A stretch of 64,000 nt of DNA, from positions 864,001 through 928,000 of the forward strand of contig OZ255721.1 in NCBI GenBank assembly GCA_965277285.1, in the 5' to 3' direction. Below the pieces are notes generated by a model that was given only the letters and a program-made list of their open reading frames with translations, was not told the DNA's origin and made no database searches. This document shows positions 8,962-20,710 of this stretch, piece by piece; position 1 is the first letter of the stretch; every line of letters starts with the position of its first letter. The translations under genes and the position numbers were made by a program. Source of the DNA: Abditibacteriaceae bacterium. Lineage in GTDB: Bacteria; Armatimonadota; Abditibacteriia; Abditibacteriales; Abditibacteriaceae.

Positions 8962-10668
8962 ATGCAACACCCTTTTTCCGCCACCAAAGCCCTTCGTCGC
9001 GCCTCGTCTCACCTCGATTCGTTGAGCGACCACGAATTTCAAGATGAAACGCAAGACAATGCCGAAGGCCGTCCGCATGAAGAATGCGGTGTCTTCGGCA
9101 TTTTCGCGCCTGGCGTCGATGTCGCGCGACGTGCCTTTTTTGGCATTTTCGCATTGCAACATCGCGGTCAGGAATCCGCTGGCATCGCTGTCACCGATGG
9201 CACGCACATCAAACTTCACACCGACATGGGATTGGTTTCCCAAGTTTTCAACGAAGACATCCTGAGCGGCTTGCCCGGCGACATCGCAGTCAGTCACAAT
9301 CGCTACTCGACAACGGGAAGTTCCAAGGCGTGCAATGCGCAGCCGATTTTGTGCGAATCCAGCGAAGGCATTTTGGCGCTCGCGCACAACGGCAACCTGG
9401 TGAATGCCAGTCAGTTGCGCGCCGATATGGAAGCGCAGGGCGTGCAGTTCGCCACTTCGATGGATACCGAAGTCATCGCCAAAATCATCGAAGAACAGCA
9501 AGAAGGCACATTGGAAAACGCCCTGCTGGAAATTATGGGGCGCGTTCATGGCGCTTATTCCCTGGTGATGATGACGCGCGACACGCTCATCGGAATGCGC
9601 GATCCGAACGGCGTGCGGCCTTTGTGTTTGGGCGAAATTGACGAAGGCGACGGTCTCAAGCGTTACGCTTTAGCCAGCGAAACTTGCGCTTTGAACGTCG
9701 TCGGGGCCGAATATGTGCGCGAAATCGAACCTGGCGAGATTCTTTTTATTACAAGTGAAGGTTTGGAATCGGTTTATTTGCGCGACAAAAAACCCGATTT
9801 GCAAGCGCGCCCGGCCTTATGCATCTTTGAATTCGTTTATCTGGCGCGCCCCGATTCGCAATTGCTGGACACCAACGTCCACTATGCGCGGCGTCGCATG
9901 GGCGAAATGCTGGCGGCTCAATCTCCCGTCGAAGCCGATGTCGTGATTGGCGTCCCCGATTCGGGACTTCCCGCGGCAATTGGTTACGCTGGCGCCAGCG
10001 GTATTCCGTATCAGGAAGGACTGATTAAAAATCGCTACATTCAGCGCACTTTCATTCAGCCCGACCAAACGCAGCGCGAATTGGGCGTGCGCATGAAATT
10101 GACGCCGCTCAAGGAAGTTCTGCGAGGACAGCGCGTGGTTGTCGTTGAAGATTCGATTGTGCGCGGTACGACGACCAAGCGCATCGTGCAAATGATCCGC
10201 GATGCCGGTGCGCGCGAAGTGCATTTGCGTATTTCCAGTCCGCCTTACAAGTGGCCGTGTTTTTACGGCATCGATACAGTGGCGCGCCGCGACTTGATCG
10301 CTTATGAAAAAACCGTCGATGAAATTCGCCAATATAACGGCGCCGATTCGCTGGCTTATATTTCGATGGATAACTTGATCGAAGCCGTCGGGCAGCCGAA
10401 ACAGGTTTTTTGTCGCGCGTGTTTCGATGGCGAATACCCGATTCGCGTGCCGCAAGACATTCAGTTGACGAAATTGATGCTGGAAGAAATCGCTGTAACC
10501 AACGGTTCGCATCACGCGAATGGCAACGGCGTAAATAGCAACGGCATAAATAGCAACGGCGTAAAAACGATTCCCATTGCAGTCCTTGGCGGCAGCGGCG
10601 ATCCTGGCCCCGAATCAGAAGGCGAACTCGAGATGCCAGAAGAAACGTTGCAAACCGCACCAGCTTAG
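8962..10668 (+). CDS. purF: Amidophosphoribosyltransferase
   Basis: EECGVFG, LQHRGQES, HNRYSTTG, VVVEDSIVRGTT; exact start uncertain. Confidence 0.97.
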   Translation: MQHPFSATKALRRASSHLDSLSDHEFQDETQDNAEGRPHEECGVFGIFAPGVDVARRAFFGIFALQHRGQESAGIAVTDGTHIKLHTDMGLVSQVFNEDILSGLPGDIAVSHNRYSTTGSSKACNAQPILCESSEGILALAHNGNLVNASQLRADMEAQGVQFATSMDTEVIAKIIEEQQEGTLENALLEIMGRVHGAYSLVMMTRDTLIGMRDPNGVRPLCLGEIDEGDGLKRYALASETCALNVVGAEYVREIEPGEILFITSEGLESVYLRDKKPDLQARPALCIFEFVYLARPDSQLLDTNVHYARRRMGEMLAAQSPVEADVVIGVPDSGLPAAIGYAGASGIPYQEGLIKNRYIQRTFIQPDQTQRELGVRMKLTPLKEVLRGQRVVVVEDSIVRGTTTKRIVQMIRDAGAREVHLRISSPPYKWPCFYGIDTVARRDLIAYEKTVDEIRQYNGADSLAYISMDNLIEAVGQPKQVFCRACFDGEYPIRVPQDIQLTKLMLEEIAVTNGSHHANGNGVNSNGINSNGVKTIPIAVLGGSGDPGPESEGELEMPEETLQTAPA

Positions 10669-10985
10669 AAATTTGGGTATCGAGTACTCGAACTCATCGC
10701 TTGCAAACACAGCCGAAAGTTTCTTGGCGAAAAGTAGCAGCGTGTTATGATGCTTTGAATTGGTTTCAAATCCTTATCGTAGCGCTCTATCGAGTACTCG
10801 AAGCCTTGTTTTTCAAGGCTCCAGGTGAATTCTCCTCCACTTTTGAGCCTTTAGAATCAGCTTTTGTCAATCTGGCAGGAACAGGTTAAAAAATGAAAAG
10901 ATGTCGGCTTTTGTAGTCGGGCATTTTTCTGCCACACTGTTTTAGAACGTTAAGAATTACGGGTAGTGGTTCAATAAGCGAGTTT

Positions 10986-11055
10986 GTTAACGAACCCGAA
11001 GCGTAAGCGAGGGAGCTAACTTCTATCCTCCGCTTACGTTTCTGGTTCGTTAACA
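10986..11055. repeat. REP-like inverted repeat, family D (GTTAACGAACCCGAAGCGTAAGCG)
   Basis: Related pairs at about 13195-13274, 20639-20704 and 51378-51446. Confidence 0.8.
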
Positions 11056-11109
11056 GCCAGAGAACTCACCATTTGAGCCATTACCGAATTACGTTTCACA
11101 ACCCACTTT

Positions 11110-11778
11110 ATGACTTCTTCCCGCGATGATTTCCGACCTGAAGTGCGCGAACCGCGCTGGCCGACGATTGTCGCATTGCTGGCGGTTGGAGGATTGTACC
11201 TGGCGCTGCCATCATCGCTGGTCATTGGGCCGCGTTGGTTATTGTTGGCGATTGTTTGTGTTTTGTTGATTCCGACAATTTTTACGCATCACCGAGGGCA
11301 CAACGATCTCAATCAGGTTTTTGGTCATCTCGTTTCCGGCATCGTCACGCTGGCAATGGTAGGATCGCTCATTTTGCTGGTGATGGCGTTGCCCAAGCAC
11401 AAGGAAACTGCTACAGCGTTGTTGCGTTCGGCGGGCGCTTTGTGGGTCACGAACGTGCTGGTTTTCGCGCTGTGGTATTGGCGGCTGGACGCAGGCGGTC
11501 CCAACCAGCGAGATTTGCGTGTTGGTCACACGGACGGCGCGTTTTTGTTTCCACAGATGGCGATGGATGAAGAAATTAAGCGCGCAACAGGCGAAGAAGA
11601 TTGGTCGCCGGGCTTTGTCGATTACTTATTTCTGGCGTTCAATACAAGTACGGCGTTATCACCGACCGATACGGCGGTTTTGTCACGCTGGGCAAAAATG
11701 ATGATGATGGTACAATCGGGCATTTCTCTGGCCGTGATCGCGCTCTTAGCGGCGCGCGCCGTCAATATTTTGCAGTAA
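11110..11778 (+). CDS. DUF1345-like membrane protein
   Basis: WVTNVLVFALWYW.LD.GGP...FLFPQM...W.PGFVDYLFLAFNTSTA.SPTD. Confidence 0.85.
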   Translation: MTSSRDDFRPEVREPRWPTIVALLAVGGLYLALPSSLVIGPRWLLLAIVCVLLIPTIFTHHRGHNDLNQVFGHLVSGIVTLAMVGSLILLVMALPKHKETATALLRSAGALWVTNVLVFALWYWRLDAGGPNQRDLRVGHTDGAFLFPQMAMDEEIKRATGEEDWSPGFVDYLFLAFNTSTALSPTDTAVLSRWAKMMMMVQSGISLAVIALLAARAVNILQ

Positions 11779-11803
11779 CGTTTTTCAATGTGTGCGTTCA
11801 CCA

Positions 11804-12385
11804 ATGAAAATCCTGAAACGCCAGATTTTTGCTTCCTGCGCCGCATTGGTTGTGTGTTTGTATTTTCCTGGCTGTAAGCGGGACGAAGCGAATACAACCT
11901 TTCCGAAAAGGCGCCATCGCCTGCCCGTCTCGCCGCCCGTGCAGCTCCAATGGCGCCCAGCCAATAAACAGGAAACCGCAGCAGCTCAAAGTGTAGTGCA
12001 ACGGCAATTCCGCGCTTTTCGTGACAACAATTATCAGACTGCGATAGATTTGTTGGCATCGGGAATGCGAGGTGATGGGAACCCGGAAGGATTGCGTCAC
12101 CTTATTCTCGGCCAATACCCCGAATTCGCTCAAGTCGCGCGCATTCGCTGGCTTGATTCCTCAACCTTGTCCAACAAATCGATGGTACTTCATCTGCGTT
12201 TTCTGGCCACCAACGGCAATGTTACTGACGTGCGCTATGACCTCATTCCAAAAGAAGCGAGCTATCTCATCAGTAACATTCGCTCGGAAACCCTGACTCA
12301 CAACTTGCACAACGGACATTCCTCCCCAACTTCCGAGAACGACACATTGGAACAATTCTTTCGCACGCCTGCGACTGACTCTTAA
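11804..12385 (+). CDS. DUF4864-like lipoprotein
   Basis: Lipobox-like FPGC; VV.RQF.AFR...Y..A...A...YP. Confidence 0.65.
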   Translation: MKILKRQIFASCAALVVCLYFPGCKRDEANTTFPKRRHRLPVSPPVQLQWRPANKQETAAAQSVVQRQFRAFRDNNYQTAIDLLASGMRGDGNPEGLRHLILGQYPEFAQVARIRWLDSSTLSNKSMVLHLRFLATNGNVTDVRYDLIPKEASYLISNIRSETLTHNLHNGHSSPTSENDTLEQFFRTPATDS

Positions 12386-12386
12386 T

Positions 12387-12444
12387 AAAAAAGCGTTCAC
12401 TATCGAGTACTCGATGTTTGAGTACTCGATAGTGAACGCTTTTT
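12387..12444. terminator. Bidirectional terminator built from two palindrome copies
   Basis: AAAAAGCGTTCACTATCGAGTACTC...GAGTACTCGATAGTGAACGCTTTTT between convergent genes. Confidence 0.85.
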
Positions 12445-12467
12445 TGCCACCTGAATGTCGCGCAAAC

Positions 12468-13136
12468 TTATTTCGCATGAACCGCGAGTTGCGTTTCAAC
12501 AGCTTTGGTCATCTCGTCCGATTGGGGCGTGATTGGCGAACGGAAACGCGCGACGATTTTCCCATCGCGCGAAATCAGAAACTTCTCAAAGTTCCATTGC
12601 ACTTCGCCGGCAAATTGCGGATCGGTTTTTGTTTCGGTCAAAAGCTGATAAAGCGGCGCTTTTTCTTTGCCGGTCACGGCGATTTTGGAAAACATCGGAA
12701 ACGTGACGCCGTAGTTCGCCTTGCAGAACTCGCCAATTTGCGCGTCGGTCCCTGGTTCTTGTTGACCAAAATCGTTGGCCGGAAAACCTAAAATCTCCAA
12801 GCCTTGCGCGTTGTATTTTTGGTACAACTTTTCCAATCCGGCGTATTGTGGCGTGAATCCGCATTTGCTGGCCGTGTTGACGATCAAGACAACTTTGCCC
12901 TTGTATTTCGATAGATCAACCGGCTTTCCGGCCAAACTGTTCAGCGTGAAATTGAACACAGGCGGAACTCCTTTTTTCGTCTTCCTATGGCTTTGCGCGG
13001 CAATTTGCATCGCGTTTGGCGTTTGCAGCGTTGATGCGGCATTTTTTTCCGCCAGACCGCGCCCAACCAGCGCGATGCCAACGCCCAGCAACACCGAAGA
13101 AATTCCCATCGCCGTCGATAATTTCATCATTTTCAT
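12468..13136 (-). CDS. Glutathione peroxidase (exported, Cys type)
   Basis: KVVLIVNTASKCGFTPQY, GFPANDFGQQEPG, WNFEKFLI; N-terminal signal peptide. Confidence 0.95.
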   Translation of the reverse strand: MKMMKLSTAMGISSVLLGVGIALVGRGLAEKNAASTLQTPNAMQIAAQSHRKTKKGVPPVFNFTLNSLAGKPVDLSKYKGKVVLIVNTASKCGFTPQYAGLEKLYQKYNAQGLEILGFPANDFGQQEPGTDAQIGEFCKANYGVTFPMFSKIAVTGKEKAPLYQLLTETKTDPQFAGEVQWNFEKFLISRDGKIVARFRSPITPQSDEMTKAVETQLAVHAK

Positions 13137-13194
13137 AACCTCATTACTGTGCCAGTTTACAAGGTTCACGCTTTGAATGAAGCTTGCCCAAGTT

Positions 13195-13274
13195 GTTAAC
13201 GAACCCCAGGCGTAAGCGCGGGGCTGACGTAGCTGTCAATTCAGCCCCGCGCTCACGCTTGAGGTTCGTTAACA
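13195..13274. repeat. REP-like inverted repeat, family D
   Basis: GTTAACGAACCCCAGGCGTAAGCGCGGGGCTGA..TCAGCCCCGCGCTCACGCTTGAGGTTCGTTAAC. Confidence 0.8.
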
Positions 13275-13314
13275 GGTTCAATGCTTTTCCCGCACTTTGT
13301 TAAAATGTTTTACG

Positions 13315-16300
13315 ATGACTCCCATTTCCGAACTCCTCAAAGAACGCATTCTCATCATCGACGGCGCGATGGGAACCATGATTCAAAACCACAACCTCGA
13401 AGAAGCCGATTATCGCGGCCAGCGCTTCGCTAATTACGCGACCGATTTGCGCGGCAACAACGACTTGCTGTCTTTGACGCAGCCGCAGATTATTGAAGAA
13501 ATTCATTGCCAATATCTCGAGGCTGGCGCCGACATCATCGAAACCAACACCTTCAATGCGAACAAAGTTTCGATGGCTGATTACGGCATGGAAAATCTGG
13601 TTTACGAGTTGAACATTGCCAGCGCACAACTCGCGCGGCGCGCTGTGGAATCTTTGGGCGAATCGAGTACTCGAAACCGTCCGCGTTTCGTGGCAGGCGC
13701 GATTGGGCCAACATCCAGAACGCTTTCGATGTCGCGCGATGTCAACGATCCCGGAAAGCGTGAAATCACCTTCGACGAACTGGTCGCGGTTTACAGCGAA
13801 CAAGTGCGCGCCTTGTTGGAAGGCGGCGTCGACCTTTTGCTGCCCGAAACCAGTTTCGACACCTTGAACTTAAAAGCCTGCTTGTTCGCCATCGACAAAG
13901 CGTTCGCTGAAGGTGCGCGCCGTGTTCCCGTCATGGCGTCGATTACGATTGCCGAAGCCAGCGGACGCACTTTGTCCGGCCAAAACATCGAAGCGGCTTG
14001 GACTTCCATTTCGCACGCGAACTTGCTTTCTGTCGGCCTGAACTGCGGCCTGCATCCGCGCGATTTACGGCCTTATGTAGAAACCCTATCGAATATCGCG
14101 CCGATTTTCACCAGTTGCTACTTGAACGCAGGCTTGCCGAACGCTTTCGGCGAATACGACGAAACGCCCGCGCAGTTGACGCCGATTTTGGAAGAATACG
14201 CGCGCCAGGGTTGGGTCAACATCATCGGCGGCTGTTGCGGCACGACGCCCGATCACATTCGTGCGATTGCCGAAGCCGTTAAAAATCTGCCGCCGCGCGT
14301 GCCGACAAAGCCAATCGAGTACTCGATCTTCAGCGGTTTGGAGCAGTTAGCATTGCGCGCCGACAGCAATTTCACAATGATCGGCGAGCGCACCAATGTG
14401 ACGGGTTCGCCAAAGTTTGCGCGTTTGGTGCGCGAAGGCGATTTGAATGCGGGTTTGGAAATCGCGCGCCAGCAAGTCGATAACGGCGCCAATATCATCG
14501 ACATCAACTTTGATGAAGGCATGATTGACGGCGCGGAAATGATGACGCGTTTCCTCAACTTGCTGGCCGCTGAACCCGACATTTCGCGCGTGCCGATTAT
14601 GGTCGATTCGAGCAAGTTTTCGGTCATCGAAGCCGGATTGAAATGCATTCAAGGCAAAGGCGTCGTCAACTCTGTTTCGATGAAAGAAGGCGAAGACAAG
14701 TTCCGCGAACAGGCCAAACTTGTCAAGCGCTACGGCGCCGGAATGGTCGTGATGGCGTTCGATGAACAAGGCCAGGCCGACAGTTACGAACGTCGCATCG
14801 AAATTTGCCAGCGCGCTTACAACATTTTGGTGCGAGAAATCGGCATTAATCCGAACGACATCATTTTTGACCCGAACATTTTGACGGTTGCGACAGGTTT
14901 GGAAGAGCACAACAATTACGCGGTCGATTTTATTCGCGCCACCAAATGGATCAAGGAAAACCTGCCCGGCTGTCACGTTTCGGGCGGCGTCAGCAACATC
15001 TCGTTCAGTTTTCGCGGCAACAACAAAGTGCGTGAAGCGATGCACGGCGCCTTTCTCAAACACGCGATTGAAGCCGGTCTCGACATGGGAATCGTCAACG
15101 CGGGAATGCTGGAAGTTTACGACCAAATTGAGCCACAACTTCTCGAACTGGTCGAAGATGTTCTCTTGAATCGCCGCGATGACGCGACCGAGCACTTGGT
15201 CGATTACGCCGAAAAAATCAAGGGCGAAGGCGACAAATCGAGTACTCAAATCGAGGAAGCGTGGCGCAGTGGAACTGTTCAGGAACGCTTGCAACACGCG
15301 CTGATTAAAGGCATCGACGCGTTTGTCGAGGCCGATGTCGAGGAAGCGCGGCAGCAATACGAAAGGCCGCTTCACGTCATCGAAGGACCGCTGATGGACG
15401 GCATGAACGTCGTCGGCGACTTGTTTGGCGCGGGAAAAATGTTCCTGCCGCAAGTCGTGAAAAGCGCGCGCGTGATGAAGAAAGCCGTCGCGGTTTTGTT
15501 GCCGTTCATGGAAGCCGAAAAAGAAGCCAGCGGCTTGCATCAAGCGCAGGGCAAAATCTTGATGGCGACCGTCAAAGGCGATGTTCACGACATCGGCAAA
15601 AACATTGTCGGCGTCGTGTTGGGCTGCAACAATTACGAAGTGATTGACTTGGGCGTGATGGTTCCCGCCGACAAAATCCTGCAAACCGCGAAAGAACAAA
15701 ACGTGGATGTTATCGGTTTGTCGGGTTTGATTACGCCCAGTCTGGATGAAATGGCGCACGTCGCACGCGAAATGAAACGCCAGGAGTTTCACGTTCCCCT
15801 GCTGATTGGCGGCGCCACGACTTCGCGCATTCACACGGCGGTCAAAATCGCGCCGCATTACGATCAAGTCGTGGTTCACGTCCAGGACGCGAGCCGCGCG
15901 GTCGGCGTCGTCTCCAATCTGCTGTCCGAAGAACTCAAGTCCGACTTTGTCTTAAAAGTGCGCGGCGATCAGGAACGCGACCGCACATCGCACAAGAACA
16001 AGCGCGAAACCAAACCGCTTTTGAAGATCGAAGACGCGCGCGCGCGCAAACAGAAAATCGAATGGCGTGCGGAAGATTTGGTGAAGCCTTCGTTCATCGG
16101 TTTGCGCACATTGAGCAGTTTTCCGCTGGAAGAAATTGTGCCGTTCATCGATTGGACGCCTTTTTTCGCAGCCTTTGAATTGAAGGGAATTTATCCTGAA
16201 ATTCTGCAAAATGTCGAAGTCGGCGATGTGGCGAAAAGATTGTTCGAGGACGCCAATCGAGTACTCGAACGCATCGTGCGACGCCGCGAACTCAAGGCGA

Positions 16301-17013
16301 ACGCGGTTTACGGCTTTTATCCGGCGAACGCGGTCAGCGATGATGTCGAAATTTACCGCGATGAAAGTCGCACCACGCTGGCGGCGAAGTTTCATTTTCT
16401 GCGCCAGCAAATCGACAAACCCGAAGGTCGCAGCGACCATTGTTTGAGTGATTTTATCGCGCCTAAAGAAACGGGCTTGAACGATTATTTGGGATTTTTC
16501 GCGGTCACGACCGGCATCGGCCTGGATGCGATTGTGCAACGCGCCAAAACCGAACTGGACGATGAAAGCGCGTTTTTGGCGCAGGCGATTGCGGATCGCC
16601 TGGCCGAAGCGTTCGCGGAATTGCTGCATCAACGCGCGCGCCGCGATTGGTATGCAGCGGATGAAAGTTTGTCGAACGAAGACTTGGTGCAGGAGAAATA
16701 TCGTGGTATTCGTCCGGCGCCCGGTTATCCGGCGTGTCCCGATCACAGCGAAAAACCCGCGCTGTTCAACCTTCTCGATGCCGGGCGTAAAGCGGGAATT
16801 ACGCTCACGGAAAATTATGCGATGACGCCAGCCAGTTCGGTTTCCGGCTTTTATTTTGGTCATCCGCAAAGTAAATACTTCGCCGTCGGCAAAATCGGAC
16901 GCGACCAGATGATCGAGTACTCGAAACGTAAGTGCGTTTCGATGCGCGACATCGAGCGCGTCATTCCGACCAACTTGAACTACGACCCGGACGATTTTCC
17001 GCAGGACGTTTAA
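13315..17013 (+). CDS. metH: Cobalamin-dependent methionine synthase
   Basis: [50 protein letters not shown]. Confidence 0.98.
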   Translation: MTPISELLKERILIIDGAMGTMIQNHNLEEADYRGQRFANYATDLRGNNDLLSLTQPQIIEEIHCQYLEAGADIIETNTFNANKVSMADYGMENLVYELNIASAQLARRAVESLGESSTRNRPRFVAGAIGPTSRTLSMSRDVNDPGKREITFDELVAVYSEQVRALLEGGVDLLLPETSFDTLNLKACLFAIDKAFAEGARRVPVMASITIAEASGRTLSGQNIEAAWTSISHANLLSVGLNCGLHPRDLRPYVETLSNIAPIFTSCYLNAGLPNAFGEYDETPAQLTPILEEYARQGWVNIIGGCCGTTPDHIRAIAEAVKNLPPRVPTKPIEYSIFSGLEQLALRADSNFTMIGERTNVTGSPKFARLVREGDLNAGLEIARQQVDNGANIIDINFDEGMIDGAEMMTRFLNLLAAEPDISRVPIMVDSSKFSVIEAGLKCIQGKGVVNSVSMKEGEDKFREQAKLVKRYGAGMVVMAFDEQGQADSYERRIEICQRAYNILVREIGINPNDIIFDPNILTVATGLEEHNNYAVDFIRATKWIKENLPGCHVSGGVSNISFSFRGNNKVREAMHGAFLKHAIEAGLDMGIVNAGMLEVYDQIEPQLLELVEDVLLNRRDDATEHLVDYAEKIKGEGDKSSTQIEEAWRSGTVQERLQHALIKGIDAFVEADVEEARQQYERPLHVIEGPLMDGMNVVGDLFGAGKMFLPQVVKSARVMKKAVAVLLPFMEAEKEASGLHQAQGKILMATVKGDVHDIGKNIVGVVLGCNNYEVIDLGVMVPADKILQTAKEQNVDVIGLSGLITPSLDEMAHVAREMKRQEFHVPLLIGGATTSRIHTAVKIAPHYDQVVVHVQDASRAVGVVSNLLSEELKSDFVLKVRGDQERDRTSHKNKRETKPLLKIEDARARKQKIEWRAEDLVKPSFIGLRTLSSFPLEEIVPFIDWTPFFAAFELKGIYPEILQNVEVGDVAKRLFEDANRVLERIVRRRELKANAVYGFYPANAVSDDVEIYRDESRTTLAAKFHFLRQQIDKPEGRSDHCLSDFIAPKETGLNDYLGFFAVTTGIGLDAIVQRAKTELDDESAFLAQAIADRLAEAFAELLHQRARRDWYAADESLSNEDLVQEKYRGIRPAPGYPACPDHSEKPALFNLLDAGRKAGITLTENYAMTPASSVSGFYFGHPQSKYFAVGKIGRDQMIEYSKRKCVSMRDIERVIPTNLNYDPDDFPQDV

Positions 17014-17070
17014 GCAATCAGGAACATCGAAAGTGATTACAAGGTTGTAAAAACGCTCGAAAACAGCGGT

Positions 17071-17139
17071 TTGTCGTTCTGAGCGTAGCGAAGAATCTGA
17101 CTTCTCATCGAGATTCTTCGCTGCGCTCAGAATGACGAA
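17071..17139. repeat. REP-like inverted repeat, family A
   Basis: GTCGTTCTGAGCGTAGCGAAGAATCT..AGATTCTTCGCTGCGCTCAGAATGAC. Confidence 0.88.
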
Positions 17140-17209
17140 ATGAAAAGTTCAAGCGACTGTCCTATATTCTTCACAAACTCTTCAACTCATACAAAGAACT
17201 CAACGCGTT

Positions 17210-17653
17210 TCAAGTATCGTAGCTACCGTCCCACGGCGGGATAAACGCGAGGTAATTGCCTGGTTCAACGATGACCTGCCAATGACCATCGTCGTTTTCT
17301 GGGGGATGCGGAATTAATCCAAATTCAATGCCGAAACGCTCGATACGAAAAGGCGCGACGCGAATGCGTCCGCGCGAGAATTCGCCCAAATCTTCAAAAC
17401 GTTCTTCAAGTAACCACAGGGCGCGCTGTTTGTCGTAATTATTGCGTGTTCCCAAATCATCAATCTTCGCCGCGAGCAAAATGCCGTTGACGTCGAACAA
17501 ATATAAAGCCAGAAATTCTCGACCTTCACCCTTAATGGCCGGAACAAAGGGCTGTGTCAGGAAGAATTGGCGCCCATCGGCCGCGTGTCCGACGTATTTT
17601 GCGTGGTAATCGTCGTGTTCCATAAGGATAATTTCGGGCGCGCCTTTGTTCAT
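17210..17653 (-). CDS. Hypothetical protein
   Basis: 147-aa ORF with GGAG SD and protein-like composition. Confidence 0.75.
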   Translation of the reverse strand: MNKGAPEIILMEHDDYHAKYVGHAADGRQFFLTQPFVPAIKGEGREFLALYLFDVNGILLAAKIDDLGTRNNYDKQRALWLLEERFEDLGEFSRGRIRVAPFRIERFGIEFGLIPHPPENDDGHWQVIVEPGNYLAFIPPWDGSYDT

Positions 17654-17812
17654 TTTGTCACGTTCTCCATGTTATTGATTGCCAGATTGAGAAAATCTCC
17701 GGCAAACGACTTCGGTATTTCGGTTAATGGCGTATTTTTTGCGGAACAATTACATTATCCCACGTTAACTGCTATTTCCGTAGTGCTCCGATGAAATTGC
17801 GCTTCCTGCACC

Positions 17813-19828
17813 ATGACCTTTTCCTTGACACCTACCGAAGAACCCGAGCTTGAACGCGAAGTCGCTTCGATATTAACCGAATCGGACTCGGTTTCCGATG
17901 CGCTCGTCCTGGTTTTGCGACGTGTCTGCGAAACGGTCGGCTGGGATTTAGGTCAAGCCTGGCTGCCGTCTTTCGATGAGCGCACTTTGCAACTCAGTCC
18001 CGCCTGCCATGGCGACTCGGTCGCTTTCGAGCCGTTGCGCGCAGCATTAGCAAAGTGTCGCATCAAGCGCGGCGGAAGTTTGGCGGGTTGCGCCTGGAGC
18101 ACGCACGAAGCCCAATGGATGAGCGCCACAATAAATGGCCGCTCGAGTACTCGATTGGGCTGGAACAAAGACGCGTTATCGAATCGCAATGGATTGCGAA
18201 CCGGTTTGGCGATTCCAATTTTAGTCGGTCGCAGCGTTCCCGTGGTGCTGGAGTTTTGGACACGCGAAAACCGCGCTCAGAACGCGCGCATGACGCTTTT
18301 CATTGCGTCTTTAGCCTCTCATTTGCAAAAAGTCATCGTGCACCAATTGGAAGCAGAAGCGCGACGCCGCAGCGAAGAATGGTTTCGCGCCGCGATGGAA
18401 GGCAGCCCCGCCGCATTCTGGATTTTGCAGAGCGAACGCCATCAGGAAGACGCCATCGGCGATTTTCGTTTTTTATACACCAACGCGCGCGGCGAAGAAT
18501 TGCTGCGCTTGCCGCGCCAGAAAATTGTGGGACAGCGCTTATCGCAAGTTTTGGCGTCCGAGATTGTTCCCGATTTTATAGAGCGATTGATCCAAGTCGC
18601 AGAGTCGCAGCAGGGACACGAAGATGAATGGCGGATCGCACGCTTGTCGAAGAAGCAAGCACCGAGTAAAAGTGACGGCCTATGGATTCGCAGCCAGATC
18701 GTGCCGCTGCAAAACGGTGTTTCAATCACCCTGCAAGACGTTTCCAAACAAAAGCATTTTGAACACTCGTTGCGCGAAAGCGAAGACCGTTTTCGCAGCC
18801 TCATCGAAAACGCGTCCGATGTCATTACGATTTTGGAATCGGATGGCCAAATTCGCTACGAAAGCGCGTCCATCGAGCGCGTTCTGGGTTTCAAGCCGGA
18901 AGAACTCATCGGCACCAATGCTTTTCAATGGGTGCATCCCGAAGACGTGCATCGAATCCTCAAAATGGCTGACACGGTGCGACAGCAACCTGGCACCAGC
19001 TTTCCGGTTATTTTCCGCATGCGCCACAAGGACAATTCGTGGCGTTGGCTCGAAGTCCTGGCCAACAACTTGATTCATCGCCCTGAGGTCGGCGGATTGA
19101 TCCTTAATTCGCGCGATATTTCCGAGCGCGTCGCTTACGAAGAGCGCATCAAGATACAACAAGCTCAACTGGAAAAAGCCAACCGCGAACTGGCCACTGC
19201 CAATCGCAAATTAGAAACGCTCGCCACCACCGACGGCCTGACGCACTTGCACAATCATCGCACGTTCCAGCAACGATAGGTCGAAGATCTGGCACATGCG
19301 CAGCGTCACCGCTTGCCTTTGTCGCTGGCCGTCCTCGATGTCGATAATTTCAAGTCTTACAACGACTCGTTTGGCCATCTGGTCGGCGACCACGTTCTCA
19401 CCAGCATCGCGCGTTTGCTCCAACATACCGCGCGCCGCGATGACTTCACAGCGCGTTACGGTGGCGAAGAGTTCGTTGTCCTCATGCCGAACACAACCGC
19501 CGACGGCGCACGCGAAATGGCCGAACGCATTCGCCTGGCGGCGGAAACCGCGTCCTGGAAACATCGCCCTGTAACCGTCAGCATCGGATTGGCCACGTTC
19601 AGCGGAGACGACCATTTAGATTCCGCTCTTTCACGCGCCATGCCACGCGATGTACCGCGCAAGAATCAGAAAGGAACGTTGAACGGCAAAATCTCCAAGA
19701 CATCCAAGCACGAAATTCCGACACAAAGCAGCGTCATTTTCGCTCAAGCGGACGCCGCTTTATACGTGTCCAAGCATCAAGGTCGCAATCGCGTCACGCA
19801 TCACGATGATCTCGCTGAAAAAAGTTAA
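17813..19828 (+). pseudogene. GAF-PAS-PAS-GGDEF diguanylate cyclase interrupted by an in-frame TAG (19277-19279)
   Basis: ...TDGLTHLHNHRTFQQR*VEDLAHAQRHRLPLSLAVLDVDNFK...RYGGEEF continues in the same frame. Confidence 0.85.
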
Positions 19829-19850
19829 GAAATGCGAGCGCAAATCATTC

Positions 19851-20621
19851 CTAACTTTGCCGCCACGCATACAGCAAAACCGCGCCTGCACTGGCGACAT
19901 TTAAGCTTTCCGCCCGACCAAACATCGGAATCGTGACGCGTGCCGTGGCCGCCGCTTCAACTTCCGGCGAAAGACCGCGCGTTTCGTGTCCCAGAACTAA
20001 AGCGCAACGTGCAGGCCAGCGGAAACCAAAACAATTTTCGCCGTCGTGCGCCACTGCCGCCACAATCGGCACGTTTTGGCTTTTCAAATGTTGCACCAGT
20101 TCGTTTCCAGTACTCGATTGCGGCGGCAAATGAAACACGCTGCCCGCACTGGAACGCACAACTTTGGGCGACCACGCATCGGCGCCGCCACTCGTCAAAA
20201 CGATTTCTTGCGCGCCTACAGCATCCGCGCTGCGAACCAGCGTTCCAACGTTTCCAGGATCACCAAGTCCATCGAGAACCAACGTCAAACCGTCGAGTTT
20301 CCACTCGCGCGATTTGGGAAGTTGCGCGATGGCGATTACATCCGGCGAAGTTTGCGCTTCGCTCAGATACTCCAAAATCTCATCATCCACCGTTTGTGTT
20401 TGAACGCTGGCCGCGTGCGCCAAAGTTTTCCATTCCTCGCCGATTTCGCTGTGAGGAATCAACAAACGCTGTAATGGCCAGCGCGCCTGCAACGCGGCAG
20501 CAACGCCATTGCCACCTTCGACAACGAACAAGTTGTGCTGCTTGCGCCCTTTGCCAGAATGCAGCGAGCGCACCAACTTACACACAGGATGCTGGCGCGA
20601 TGTGAGAACGTTGGAAATCAT
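19851..20621 (-). CDS. TrmH/SpoU family RNA methyltransferase
   Basis: DPGNVGTLVRSADA, VLGHETRGLS, IPM.GRAESLNVASA. Confidence 0.95.
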   Translation of the reverse strand: MISNVLTSRQHPVCKLVRSLHSGKGRKQHNLFVVEGGNGVAAALQARWPLQRLLIPHSEIGEEWKTLAHAASVQTQTVDDEILEYLSEAQTSPDVIAIAQLPKSREWKLDGLTLVLDGLGDPGNVGTLVRSADAVGAQEIVLTSGGADAWSPKVVRSSAGSVFHLPPQSSTGNELVQHLKSQNVPIVAAVAHDGENCFGFRWPARCALVLGHETRGLSPEVEAAATARVTIPMFGRAESLNVASAGAVLLYAWRQS

Positions 20622-20710
20622 AAATCGAGTACTCAAATAACGAACCCGAAGCGTAAATGAGGGAGATAGTTTGTGTAAGCTCCCTCGCTCACGCTTCGGG
20701 TTCGCTGACT

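Noticed and set aside
14347..15879. 510-aa antisense ORF (likewise 26717..28240, 23808..24746, 61858..63264)
   Set aside because: Shadow or alternative frames of metH, thrS, infC and cgs produced by codon bias; no recognisable motifs
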